Source: Rhizobium aquaticum (GTDB lineage: Bacteria; Pseudomonadota; Alphaproteobacteria; Rhizobiales; Rhizobiaceae). From it: 64,000 nucleotides of DNA. Of the stretch, positions 10,242 to 21,382 are shown piece after piece; within the stretch, counting starts at the first letter, position 1, and the number at the start of each line of letters is the position of its first letter. The DNA is taken from positions 807,002-871,001 of the forward strand of contig NZ_JBEPMB010000001.1 in NCBI RefSeq assembly GCF_040545545.1. Reading direction: 5' to 3'. The position numbers and the translations under genes were made by a program. Under the pieces are notes generated by a model. It did no database searches and was not told the DNA's origin. It saw only the letters and a program-made list of their open reading frames with translations.

Positions 10242-11225
10242 ATGACGCCAGCAGAAAAGTCAGGTTTAGACACGCCGCAACCCTGCGATCACAGCGGCGA
10301 GCCGCCCGCTTCATCGCGATCCGGCCTGAAGGTCGGCCTTCTCATTCTGCTGGGCTTTCTATGGAGCTTCCGGATCGTCGCGATCAAGGAGGCAAGCCTC
10401 GCCGGAATTTCGACGCAAGTAACAGTTTCCGCTTCAATCATTGGGATGGCCATTGTCTTCTCGACGATCGCGCTTATCCGCGCCTCATGGCCGCCACTCG
10501 ATCGAGCGACCATCACATTTTACATCATCGACGGCATTCTGGGGTTCGTGATGCCCTTTATCCTGGAAGGCGTCGTTGCGCCCAGACTGCCGGTTTTCGT
10601 GTTTGTCGTCATCATTTCCACCATGCCGGTGATCACCCTTGCGCTTGCGGCGGCCACCGGTACGGAGCGCGTGACGGCGATTAAGCTGCTGACCATCGGA
10701 CTCGGTTTCTGTGTCGCGCTTCTCGTGGCCTTCGACACGGGTTTTTCCGGATCGGTGCCGCATTTCGATTGGGTCTTCCTCCTGCCTGCTTTTGGCGTGC
10801 CCGTGTTTTATGCGGCCAACACCGTGTTCGTGGCGTCGCGCTGGCCCAAGTCGGCGGATGCGATCCATGTGGGGCAGGCGCAGGCTTTGGTCCTATCGGT
10901 AGCGGCACTGCTCGGATTTGCGGTGTCGGGTTCTCTCGGGGAGCTGGCGGAGGTCGGTCGCAACATACCCGCGGTCATGTCGATTTCGCTGGGCGAGGGC
11001 GTGGCCCTGCTGATCTATCTGAAGATTATCCGGGATTTCGGCGCCACGACTGTTGCATTCGCAAACTATATTTCTCTCGTGTTTGCGGCAGTTCTTGGTG
11101 GACTTCTGTTTGGAGACAGGCTGACTTGGCTGTCGGCTGCCGCAGCCCTGCTTCTTATGCTGGCACTCTCCATTCCGAGCCTGCATGCAAAGCTCCGGGG
11201 CCGCATCGATGCGTCGTCAGCCTGA
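10242..11225 (+). CDS. EamA/DMT-superfamily transporter (10 TM)
   Basis: Ten hydrophobic segments and a duplicated EamA-like layout. Divergent from soxR. Start at ATG 10242. Confidence 0.7.
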   Translation: MTPAEKSGLDTPQPCDHSGEPPASSRSGLKVGLLILLGFLWSFRIVAIKEASLAGISTQVTVSASIIGMAIVFSTIALIRASWPPLDRATITFYIIDGILGFVMPFILEGVVAPRLPVFVFVVIISTMPVITLALAAATGTERVTAIKLLTIGLGFCVALLVAFDTGFSGSVPHFDWVFLLPAFGVPVFYAANTVFVASRWPKSADAIHVGQAQALVLSVAALLGFAVSGSLGELAEVGRNIPAVMSISLGEGVALLIYLKIIRDFGATTVAFANYISLVFAAVLGGLLFGDRLTWLSAAAALLLMLALSIPSLHAKLRGRIDASSA

Positions 11226-11230
11226 GCAGG

Positions 11231-12346
11231 TCAGTTTGCCGTCGCATCCTTCGGGTGCCGGAGGTCCATTGTCGTATCCTTGCCGGGCAAGAATTGCGGG
11301 CCGACCTTGCGGACGTTTGCCTTCGAGGGATCGTAGGGCAGGGCCGGTCCCGGCTCGGGCGCGGCTTCTGTCTTAGCCGCGGGCTTTGGCGCCGGTTTGG
11401 GCGGGGTTTCGGCGTCGGGCCTCTTCGTATCGAGTTTCAGGATCGAGGAATACGGCTCTTCGGGCTTTGGAACAGGTTCAGCCAGGGAATTTCCCTGCGG
11501 GGCGATCTCCGCGCCGCTCGCCTTTGCGGCTTCCCGTTTCATCATCTCGCGGTAATAGGCGGAGAAATTGCAGCTGCAGGACTTGTCCGGCTTGCGGGCA
11601 GAACTGCGGAACTGGAAGGCATAGGGCTCTTCCCGGTAGGGCATGCCGCCGCTGGCCGAGACCATCTCCGACATCTCCTGGGTGCCGAGGCCGTGATAGA
11701 AGAGTTCCGTTTCCACGCCCGGACACATCATCGAGCAGACCTGTGCGTCGCGCTCGAAACTTGCGGGGCTGGTGTTGGTGGAGACTGGAAAGAAGCCACC
11801 GTCGCAGGTGCGCACGCACACCGTCTGCAGATTGCCTCCGCGGTCGCCGCCACCGAGATTGCGGATGCCCGGCGGACGTTGCTCCTGACGCCGCTGCGGA
11901 TCGTAGCTTGCCGGCTCTGGTGGGGACGTGTCACGGGATGCATGCGGCGTATCGGGCACGTCGTTGCAGCCATTGCGCTCCAGTGCGTCCAGGAGTTTCG
12001 CGCGGCGAGCCGGGCTCATCGACCGGGTGACAATGGGGATATCGTGGTTCTGAAGTTCCGCGAGGTTGTCATACATGCGGTCCAGCGTCCCGCTCAGCAT
12101 GTCGCAGGTCTGGGCATTCTGGCCGCCGAAGACCAGAAAGCTGCCCGAGGTGCATCCGAAGCGCCGGAGGTCGCGCTGCACACGGTCTATCTCGTTTTGC
12201 TGGCGCGAGATGGCCTGCTGGTAGACGCGGGTTTCCCGCGTGTTGCCGATCGTTTCCACATCCGTGTTCAGCTCCATGCGGATCGAACCGCATATGGAGG
12301 TCGCGCCGGCATGTCCGGCCACGGCAAGACCCGCCAGGAGGGTCAT
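11231..12346 (-). CDS. DUF2865-family secreted protein with Pro-rich C-terminus
   Basis: Signal peptide MTLLAGLAVAGHAGA and the conserved CVRTCDGGFFPVS block. Pro/Ala/Lys-rich tail. Start ATG 12346 (alternative TTG 12391). Confidence 0.6.
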   Translation of the reverse strand: MTLLAGLAVAGHAGATSICGSIRMELNTDVETIGNTRETRVYQQAISRQQNEIDRVQRDLRRFGCTSGSFLVFGGQNAQTCDMLSGTLDRMYDNLAELQNHDIPIVTRSMSPARRAKLLDALERNGCNDVPDTPHASRDTSPPEPASYDPQRRQEQRPPGIRNLGGGDRGGNLQTVCVRTCDGGFFPVSTNTSPASFERDAQVCSMMCPGVETELFYHGLGTQEMSEMVSASGGMPYREEPYAFQFRSSARKPDKSCSCNFSAYYREMMKREAAKASGAEIAPQGNSLAEPVPKPEEPYSSILKLDTKRPDAETPPKPAPKPAAKTEAAPEPGPALPYDPSKANVRKVGPQFLPGKDTTMDLRHPKDATAN

Positions 12347-12513
12347 CGCGCCCGCGCAAATTCGTTGACTAAGTCTTGTGGACCAAACCAAGTTGGCGGC
12401 TCCCGTGGGTCAGACAATGCATGTGATGAGAACCCATATTGTGGGCCAATCGGCCCGAGGTCGCAATCGCCACGTGCTTTTGTGCTTAACAATGCCGGGA
12501 GCCGCTCTTTGTT

Positions 12514-13179
12514 TCAGGCCGCCGCTGCTATGCGCATTTCGGGCGGCGTGGCCAAGAGCGCGCCCGAAATTCCGGCGATTGCCTTCATGTCGGCAAGCAG
12601 CCGGTCGTCCACATCCCAGCTGACGGCGACGGCGTGCACGCTGCCGATCTTCTGCGGTTCGCCGATGCGTGTGCCGGGGCAGCCCATGCGGCGGAACATG
12701 CGCTCCAGGAAGACATCCGTAACGGTGACGATCTGGCGGATGCCGGAGGCAAGGCCGAGTTCCCCCACCGCACACATGAGTTCGGCGGCTGCCACCGTCA
12801 CCTGATTGGAAGCGCGGTCCTGCGAAATCTCGGGATCGATGCAGAAGCGGCTCGATTCCCAGATATCAGTCCGCCGGATGGCGGCCCGCCCGCCAAGGAG
12901 CGATGGAAAGGTGTCGTCGAGCATGTTCGGCCCCAGCGTCGGCAGGAGCCGGAGTGCGCCGCGCAGGTGGCGGGTGCCCGGCGTGTAGGACAGGACATAA
13001 ATCGGATTGACGTCGTCATATTGGTCAATTTCCACGTCGCCACGCACCGTAACGTCCCATCCTAGCAGGTCGTGAAAGACCCGCTTGCGCAACTGGAACA
13101 TCGGCGCGAGTGCCTGGGGTCGGAAATGGCGCTCGAGGCCTGAAAAAATTTCGATCAAGGGAGTTCTCCGGAAGGTCAT
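12514..13179 (-). CDS. Acyl-homoserine-lactone synthase (LuxI family)
   Basis: FQLRKRVFHDLLGWDV, EIDQYDD and SSRFCIDPE blocks typical of LuxI autoinducer synthases. 221 aa. Confidence 0.85.
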   Translation of the reverse strand: MTFRRTPLIEIFSGLERHFRPQALAPMFQLRKRVFHDLLGWDVTVRGDVEIDQYDDVNPIYVLSYTPGTRHLRGALRLLPTLGPNMLDDTFPSLLGGRAAIRRTDIWESSRFCIDPEISQDRASNQVTVAAAELMCAVGELGLASGIRQIVTVTDVFLERMFRRMGCPGTRIGEPQKIGSVHAVAVSWDVDDRLLADMKAIAGISGALLATPPEMRIAAAA

Positions 13180-13218
13180 CGACCGGAGAAATTCATCACA
13201 ACCCTCAAGGCGTGCATA

Positions 13219-13234
13219 TTGTCTGTATAGACAA
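13219..13234. promoter_or_regulatory. 16-bp palindrome TTGTCTgtatAGACAA upstream of luxI (candidate lux-type box)
   Basis: Perfect 6-4-6 inverted repeat centred ~47 bp upstream of the luxI ATG in an AT-rich spacer. Confidence 0.4.
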
Positions 13235-13279
13235 CTTTAAATATTGAAACTTTGGTTGTATGTGTTTCGGGCGGCGCAA

Positions 13280-14044
13280 TTAAGATGGTGCTGAAGATCG
13301 AACCTGCCGGACGGCGATCAGCCCGCCGACCACCGCTTTGGCGACGGCCTGCTTGTTGGAAACCGCCTCCAGTTTTTCCCGAGACCGCGCCATGAAGTGC
13401 CGCACCGTGCGCTCCGAAATGTCGAGAATGCGTGCGATCTCCCAGTAGGTTTTTCCGTCCGCGACCCATTGCAACACCTCCCGTTCCCGGTTCGTCAGGT
13501 GGGGCTTCGAGTGGTTTGTCGGCGAAGGCGGGGGCGCAATGCCGGATGTTGCCAGTTGCTTTGCGTGGAAGAGACCGGCGAGCGCGGCAAGATCGCGCAA
13601 CAAGACGGTCGTCGCCCTTTCGTTCGACAGCTTCTCATTGATTGTGCAGGCGAAAAAGGCCAGACCCGGCCGTGACGGCGCAAGCGGAAAGACAAGCATT
13701 CTTTGGTCGAGACCGGCGGCAGCGAAGCCGTCACGGCTGCCGGGTACGGTTTCGAAGAGGTGCCGCCGGTCGATTTCCGATGGGCCGAGAATGGTCGCAA
13801 GGCCCGTAAAAACAGGTTCGAGTGCAGCCGTCCCCTTCGTCCCGATCAGGCGTTCCAGTTGGGGATTTGCATCATGAATGAGCTTGAGTGGACGAAGCAT
13901 CTCACCCTGCCGCTCGAGATCGGCGTAGAGAATATGCGTGAGATCGTAGGCTTCCAGAAGCGCCGTCAGAAAGGGTTGCGGGTCCGATACCGGTGTCACC
14001 GCAAGCGTGTCCAGGAGCGTAAGGTAGCCTGACAGGCCCGGCAT
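13280..14044 (-). CDS. LuxR-family autoinducer-binding transcriptional regulator
   Basis: C-terminal LuxR HTH (LTNREREVLQWVADGKTYWEIARILDISERTVRHFM) with an N-terminal autoinducer-binding-like domain. 254 aa. Confidence 0.85.
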   Translation of the reverse strand: MPGLSGYLTLLDTLAVTPVSDPQPFLTALLEAYDLTHILYADLERQGEMLRPLKLIHDANPQLERLIGTKGTAALEPVFTGLATILGPSEIDRRHLFETVPGSRDGFAAAGLDQRMLVFPLAPSRPGLAFFACTINEKLSNERATTVLLRDLAALAGLFHAKQLATSGIAPPPSPTNHSKPHLTNREREVLQWVADGKTYWEIARILDISERTVRHFMARSREKLEAVSNKQAVAKAVVGGLIAVRQVRSSAPS

Positions 14045-14114
14045 GATCTATCCCTAAAAATCTACGGGATAAACAAAGGCCGGGCCCTTGGCAACTGCGC
14101 GCTGTTCTCAGCTC

Positions 14115-16436
<2,322 letters not shown>

Positions 16437-16627
16437 GCTCTGCCAGCCTCCGGTGGTCTTTTTGGTGTCGGAATCTTCCATACACCAATTGTTCGTCGGC
16501 GGGAGTCCTTTGTGGCAACTGTCGCAATTTTATGACACCCGGCGGGCGCGGCCCGCTCTGTCATCATCCTGAAACACGAGTCTGGTTTTGAGAACTATGA
16601 CACGCGCAGCGATGAAAGGCTGAGACG

Positions 16628-17461
16628 ATGAGCGTCGAACCCGAAGCAAGGACATTCCGCACCATCTTCATTTCCGACGTCCATCTGGGCTCGAAGGCGG
16701 CCAAGGCGGACTTTCTCATCGACTTCATGCGCTATCACGAGGCGGAAACCTATATTCTGGTCGGTGACATCATCGACGGCTGGCGGCTGAAGCGCAGCTG
16801 GCACTGGCCGCAGAGCTGCAACGACGTCGTGCAGAAGCTCCTGCGCAAGGCGCGCAAGGGCGCCCGCATCATCTATGTGCCGGGCAATCACGACGAATTC
16901 CTGCGCGATTTTCCGGGTATGCATTTCGGCGGCATCGAAGTGGCGCTGAACTGGATTCACGAAGCCGCCGACGGCAAGAAATATCTCGTCATCCATGGCG
17001 ACGAATTCGACATCGTCGTGCGCAACTACCGCCTGCTCGCCTATCTCGGCGACTGGGCCTATGACGCGGCCATCCTCGTCAATCGCGGTCTGGCCGCCGT
17101 GCGCCGCCGCCTCGGCCTGCCTTACTGGTCGTTCTCGGCCTGGGCGAAGCTGCAGGTCAAGCATGCCGTCAACTTTATCGGCGAATTCCAGCACTTTGTC
17201 GCCGAAGAAGCCCGTCGCCACAAGGTGGATGGCGTCGTCTGCGGCCACATTCACCACGCGGTGATGGAGGATATCGAGGGTATCCGCTACATCAACACGG
17301 GCGACTGGGTGGAAAGCTGCACGGCGGTGGTCGAGCATTTCGACGGGACGATGGAACTCATCCACTGGACGCCGGCATCGGAGATCGTTCCGAAGCCCAA
17401 GGTTCTTCAGCTCGCAGTGCGCGGCGAAAAGGCCCAGGCAGCGGAAGCTGAAGCAGCTTAA
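16628..17461 (+). CDS. Metallophosphoesterase, LpxH-like (putative UDP-2,3-diacylglucosamine diphosphatase)
   Basis: TIFISDVHLG, GDIIDGW and GNHDE calcineurin-like motifs. Confidence 0.7.
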   Translation: MSVEPEARTFRTIFISDVHLGSKAAKADFLIDFMRYHEAETYILVGDIIDGWRLKRSWHWPQSCNDVVQKLLRKARKGARIIYVPGNHDEFLRDFPGMHFGGIEVALNWIHEAADGKKYLVIHGDEFDIVVRNYRLLAYLGDWAYDAAILVNRGLAAVRRRLGLPYWSFSAWAKLQVKHAVNFIGEFQHFVAEEARRHKVDGVVCGHIHHAVMEDIEGIRYINTGDWVESCTAVVEHFDGTMELIHWTPASEIVPKPKVLQLAVRGEKAQAAEAEAA

Positions 17462-17465
17462 TCGG

Positions 17466-17918
17466 TCAGGCGAACATCTGCCGATACTGGATGAAGCCGG
17501 ATTTCGATGCGATGCGGTCATACAGCTTCATCGCGTCCGTATTCGTTTCATGCGTCAGCCAGTGGACGCGCGAGGCTCCCTTGGCTATGGCGTCTTCGTA
17601 GACGAATTCGATGAGCTTGCGGCCGATGCCGCCGCCGCGTGAGGCTTCGCCGACATAGAGATCCTGCAGATAGACATAGTCACCGGGCGTCCAGCACGAG
17701 CGGTGGAAGATGTAATGCACGATGCCGACTGCGCGCCCGTCGATGAAGGCGAGGGCGGCAAACATCGGTTCATCCGGATCGAGGAAGCGGCGCCAGGTGA
17801 TGGCGCTGGTCTCGTCGGGAATATCGGTCTTGTAGAAGCGCTGATAGCCCTTCCAGAGCGGCATCCAGATGTCGTGATCTTCTCGGGTGATGGGACGGAT
17901 GGTGACTTCGGCGGACAA
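17466..17918 (-). CDS. GNAT family N-acetyltransferase
   Basis: Acetyl-CoA motif RGGGIGRKL. Start moved to the in-frame TTG 17918, which has an AGGAGA RBS 6 nt upstream; the TTG at 17933 lacks an RBS. Confidence 0.75.
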   Translation of the reverse strand: MSAEVTIRPITREDHDIWMPLWKGYQRFYKTDIPDETSAITWRRFLDPDEPMFAALAFIDGRAVGIVHYIFHRSCWTPGDYVYLQDLYVGEASRGGGIGRKLIEFVYEDAIAKGASRVHWLTHETNTDAMKLYDRIASKSGFIQYRQMFA

Positions 17919-18024
17919 GTGCGTTCTCCTCAAATGGATGAGAGAGGCTATTGCGGCTGAATTTATCCGTCCAATTCAACATGCTGCTAGTTCATGAGCG
18001 CAGTTGATTTGGTCTTCGCCTCAC

Positions 18025-18324
18025 CTAGCGAAACAGTTCCGGCCGCAAATTCACCCGATGGTTCAAGACCTGTCTTATGAAAACACCGGCTTCCGAAGTT
18101 GTATAAAAGATGATGTGAGCCTGAAATGTGAACTGGCGAAGGCCCGGGAACAAATCTTGAGCCATTGGACCCATCAGAGGGAAATCGCTGAGAAGTTCGA
18201 ATGTGCGGGCGAGGCCGGAATGATAAGCCTTGGCTTGATAGGGACCAAACATCTCCGCGGTATATGAGACAATTCCAGATATCTGGATTTGCGCTTTCCG
18301 GGAGATCTTGTAGCGTTCACTCAT
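18025..18324 (-). CDS. Type II toxin, RelE/ParE superfamily
   Basis: ~99-aa ParE-like protein. Overlaps the upstream antitoxin gene by 8 nt. Local GC is lower. Confidence 0.7.
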   Translation of the reverse strand: MSERYKISRKAQIQISGIVSYTAEMFGPYQAKAYHSGLARTFELLSDFPLMGPMAQDLFPGLRQFTFQAHIIFYTTSEAGVFIRQVLNHRVNLRPELFR

Positions 18325-18532
18325 GTTTGCTTTTGGCGAGCGCGCTTTCCAAAATCTCTGCCATCGTCATGGTGCCTACACGCGAGCAGTCTGGATCCTC
18401 AAAACTTGCACGCAGCCGCTGCAATTGCTCGTCGCGCGAGAGCGCGTCCCATGCGGCGATCTCCGCCGGGCTCGGCGTGGCACTCGGCATCACATCAAGA
18501 TGCATTTTTTCTTTCGTGCTCATGGCGCTCAT
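18317..18532 (-). CDS. Type II antitoxin (putative addiction-module component, ParD/CHP02574-like)
   Basis: 71-aa acidic protein directly upstream of and overlapping the ParE-like gene. Confidence 0.6.
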   Translation of the reverse strand: MSAMSTKEKMHLDVMPSATPSPAEIAAWDALSRDEQLQRLRASFEDPDCSRVGTMTMAEILESALAKSKHE

Positions 18533-18595
18533 TCTAACAGATAGTCCTGTGATCCGCCAACTTGCAAATGTCAGCAGAGGCCTCGAGACGTTCGT

Positions 18596-19000
18596 TCACA
18601 AATGCGCAGCCGCATGTATCGTGAACTTCGAAACCTTATCCGGCAAAGCATCGATATCGAACCAGCCGAATTCGGGGAGCTTTTCGGGCTCCATGACGCG
18701 CGGTTCGCCGGTGAAGTCGTCCGTCACGTAGATCAGTGACACCCAGTGGTGACCGTCTTCGGGGAAGCGGTTTTCCGACACGCAGAGGAAGCGGATCTCG
18801 CCGATCGTCAGGCCGCTTTCCTCCTCCGCCTCGCGGCGCACCGCATCGATACAGGCTTCCATGTGGTCGACCTTGCCGCCCACGATGTTCCATGAACCGG
18901 CCTCGGGAAAGCGGGTGCGCCGGTAGAGCAAAATGGAACGGCCCCGTCTGATGATGAGGCCGACACCCAGTCCCGGAAAGTCTGTTCCCGGAAGACCCAT
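18596..19000 (-). CDS. NUDIX hydrolase
   Basis: Nudix box GGKVDHMEACIDAVRREAEEESGL. ATG 19000 abuts the helicase stop at 19002. Confidence 0.8.
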   Translation of the reverse strand: MGLPGTDFPGLGVGLIIRRGRSILLYRRTRFPEAGSWNIVGGKVDHMEACIDAVRREAEEESGLTIGEIRFLCVSENRFPEDGHHWVSLIYVTDDFTGEPRVMEPEKLPEFGWFDIDALPDKVSKFTIHAAAHL

Positions 19001-19001
19001 A

Positions 19002-20543
19002 TTACTTGCTGTTGGCAACAATCAGCATGAATGCCGGAATGTCGTCGCCGAAGCCGACCGGCGTCGGACCGTCGTCGTCGTTGCGGCGGTGGTTGCGCTG
19101 ACGCCGCTCGCGATGATCGTCGTTGGCCGGGTTGACGCGATAGTCGCGCGGCTGACGATTGCTCTTTTCGGCTTCATTGCGTGCGGGTCTTGCCACAGGT
19201 GCTTCCTCGATTGTTTCCTGGCGCTTCTCGGCCACGACCTCAGCGTCGCGTTCCGGTTTTCTCGTCTCGGCGCGGTTCTCGCTCCGGTCAGGACGGCCTT
19301 CCGACCGGCTTTCGGAGCGGTCCCTGCGGCCCTTGCCGCCACGGCTGCGATCATTGCGATCGCGACCGCCGCGACGTTCATCCTCTTCGCCGGCCACGCT
19401 CGGCGGCAGCGCCGAGAGATCGCCATTCAGCCACTCGATCTTCTTGTCGATCAGCTTTTCGATCGCATCGAGCGCCTTGCGGTCGCGATTGGCAACGAGG
19501 GTGAAGGCGGCGCCCGAACGGCCGGCACGACCGGTGCGGCCGATGCGGTGGACATAGTCTTCCGCATGGATCGGGACGTCGAAGTTGAAGACGTGGCTTA
19601 CGTCAGGAATGTCGAGGCCGCGGGCCGCGACGTCGGAGGCAACCAGAAGCGTGATCTGGTTGTCCTTGAAACCTTGCAGCATGGCCATGCGCGAGCGCTG
19701 GTCCATGTCGCCGTGCAGCGCGCCGACCGAGAAGCCGTGGCGCTCGAGCGAACGGAAGAGGTCGGCGACATCCTTCTTGCGATTGCAGAAGATGATGGCG
19801 TTCTTCAATTCTTCCTGTGCCTTGATGAGATCGCGCAGTGCCGCGCGCTTCTCGTAATCCTTGGACTGCACGGCAACGAGGCGCTGCGTGACGGTCAAGG
19901 CCGTCGAGGAGCGCGTCGAGACTTCGATACGCTCGGGGTTCTGAAGGAACTGGTCGGCGAGAACCTGGATCTCCTTCGGCATTGTGGCCGAGAAGAACAG
20001 CGTCTGGCGCGTGAAGGGGATGAGCTTGGCGATACGCTCGATATCAGGGATGAAGCCCATGTCGAGCATGCGGTCGGCTTCGTCGATGACAAGGATTTCT
20101 ACGGCGCTCATCAAAAGCTTGCCGCGCTCGAAATGGTCGAGCAGACGGCCGGGCGTCGCGATCAGCACGTCGGCGCCGCGTTCCAGCTTCTTTTCCTGGT
20201 CGTCAAACGAAACGCCACCGATCAGCAGCGCCACGTTCAGCTTGTGATTCTTGCCGTACTTTTCGAAGTTCTCGGCGACCTGGGCTGCAAGTTCGCGCGT
20301 CGGTTCGAGGATCAGCGTGCGCGGCATGCGCGCTCGTGCGCGGCCCTTTTCCAGAAGCGTCAGCATGGGCAGCACGAAGCTCGCCGTCTTGCCGGTGCCG
20401 GTCTGTGCAATTCCCAGAATATCGCGTCGTTCCAAGGCCTTGGGGATAGCACCCGCCTGGATCGGCGTCGGGATTGTGTAACCTGCATCGGTTACAGCGG
20501 AAATGACTTTGGCGCTCAGGCCGAGATCAGAAAAGGTGGTCAA
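19002..20543 (-). CDS. rhlE: DEAD-box ATP-dependent RNA helicase (RhlE-like) with Arg/Gly/Asp-rich tail
   Basis: Q-motif, AQTGTGKT, DEAD, SAT and HRIGRTGRAG motifs. Basic low-complexity C-terminus. Confidence 0.9.
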   Translation of the reverse strand: MTTFSDLGLSAKVISAVTDAGYTIPTPIQAGAIPKALERRDILGIAQTGTGKTASFVLPMLTLLEKGRARARMPRTLILEPTRELAAQVAENFEKYGKNHKLNVALLIGGVSFDDQEKKLERGADVLIATPGRLLDHFERGKLLMSAVEILVIDEADRMLDMGFIPDIERIAKLIPFTRQTLFFSATMPKEIQVLADQFLQNPERIEVSTRSSTALTVTQRLVAVQSKDYEKRAALRDLIKAQEELKNAIIFCNRKKDVADLFRSLERHGFSVGALHGDMDQRSRMAMLQGFKDNQITLLVASDVAARGLDIPDVSHVFNFDVPIHAEDYVHRIGRTGRAGRSGAAFTLVANRDRKALDAIEKLIDKKIEWLNGDLSALPPSVAGEEDERRGGRDRNDRSRGGKGRRDRSESRSEGRPDRSENRAETRKPERDAEVVAEKRQETIEEAPVARPARNEAEKSNRQPRDYRVNPANDDHRERRQRNHRRNDDDGPTPVGFGDDIPAFMLIVANSK

Positions 20544-20684
20544 TGAGGGGTATAATCCATTCGCGTTCAGAGGAACGACTGGTTAATCGACAGCGTGTGC
20601 ATGCGATGTTGCGACTGCGGATTAGTCCTCTTGCCTTGGAAAGTCAAGTTTTCCGGGCCTTCCAAGGTTAATCTCGATGAAATT

Positions 20685-21305
20685 TCATCTGTTTGACAAG
20701 ATTGCCACACCCGTTGCGGCCATGATGGCACCGGCAGCCCGGTTCATGCGGCGAATGACGGTTGTACTGGCGGCAAGTGCGCGCGCTTTCAGCGCGAGCC
20801 CGGCATAGCTACCGATGACCAGAACCTCCACTGCGAGAATGACGAAGACCAATTCGGCATAGCTGCCAAAGGTGACGCCCGAAATGGCGACATTGGGCAG
20901 GATAGCGAGATAGAAGAGCGGCATTTTCGGGTTGCCGATATTCAATGCCACGCCTGTCACATAGGTTTTCAGCAGCGAGCCGCGCGATAGGCTGACGTTA
21001 TCGGCTGCGGGGGAGTCTGAGGGCGTCGAGAACCAGAGCGAGATGCCCATCCAGATCAGATAGACGGCGCCCGCCATGCGGATGAACACCATGTAGGGCG
21101 CCAAGGTCTCTGCGGCATAGCTGAGCCCGGCGAGGCCGAGTGTCAAAAAGACGAGAATGCCGGTGACTGTGCCGAGACCATAGGCGACACCGGCCTTGAG
21201 ACCGCCGGACATGGTGCGGGTAAAGATCGTGAAATTGTCCGGACCCGGACTCGCGGCGAAGACAAAAAAGGTCAGCGCGAAAGCGACAAGCGTCGAGAAT
21301 GTCAT
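20685..21305 (-). CDS. LysE/RhtB-family amino-acid efflux translocator
   Basis: ASPGPDN motif and a 6-TM profile. ATG at 21305. Confidence 0.85.
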   Translation of the reverse strand: MTFSTLVAFALTFFVFAASPGPDNFTIFTRTMSGGLKAGVAYGLGTVTGILVFLTLGLAGLSYAAETLAPYMVFIRMAGAVYLIWMGISLWFSTPSDSPAADNVSLSRGSLLKTYVTGVALNIGNPKMPLFYLAILPNVAISGVTFGSYAELVFVILAVEVLVIGSYAGLALKARALAASTTVIRRMNRAAGAIMAATGVAILSNR

Positions 21306-21382
21306 CTGGAAGTCTCCGGTTGCAGTCGGACTTGCATGCTGGACGCAAAAATGCCGCCTGTCAAAGGCGGCAGTCATCTGTT

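Noticed and set aside
10769-12805. 678-aa plus-strand ORF spanning the DUF2865 and luxI region
   Set aside because: It is antisense to two well-supported minus-strand genes. Its Arg/Gly/Ala-rich translation is typical of spurious high-GC frames, and it has no motifs.
16595-17521. 308-aa minus-strand ORF
   Set aside because: Antisense to the LpxH-like metallophosphoesterase gene, which has clean calcineurin motifs. The minus ORF has none.
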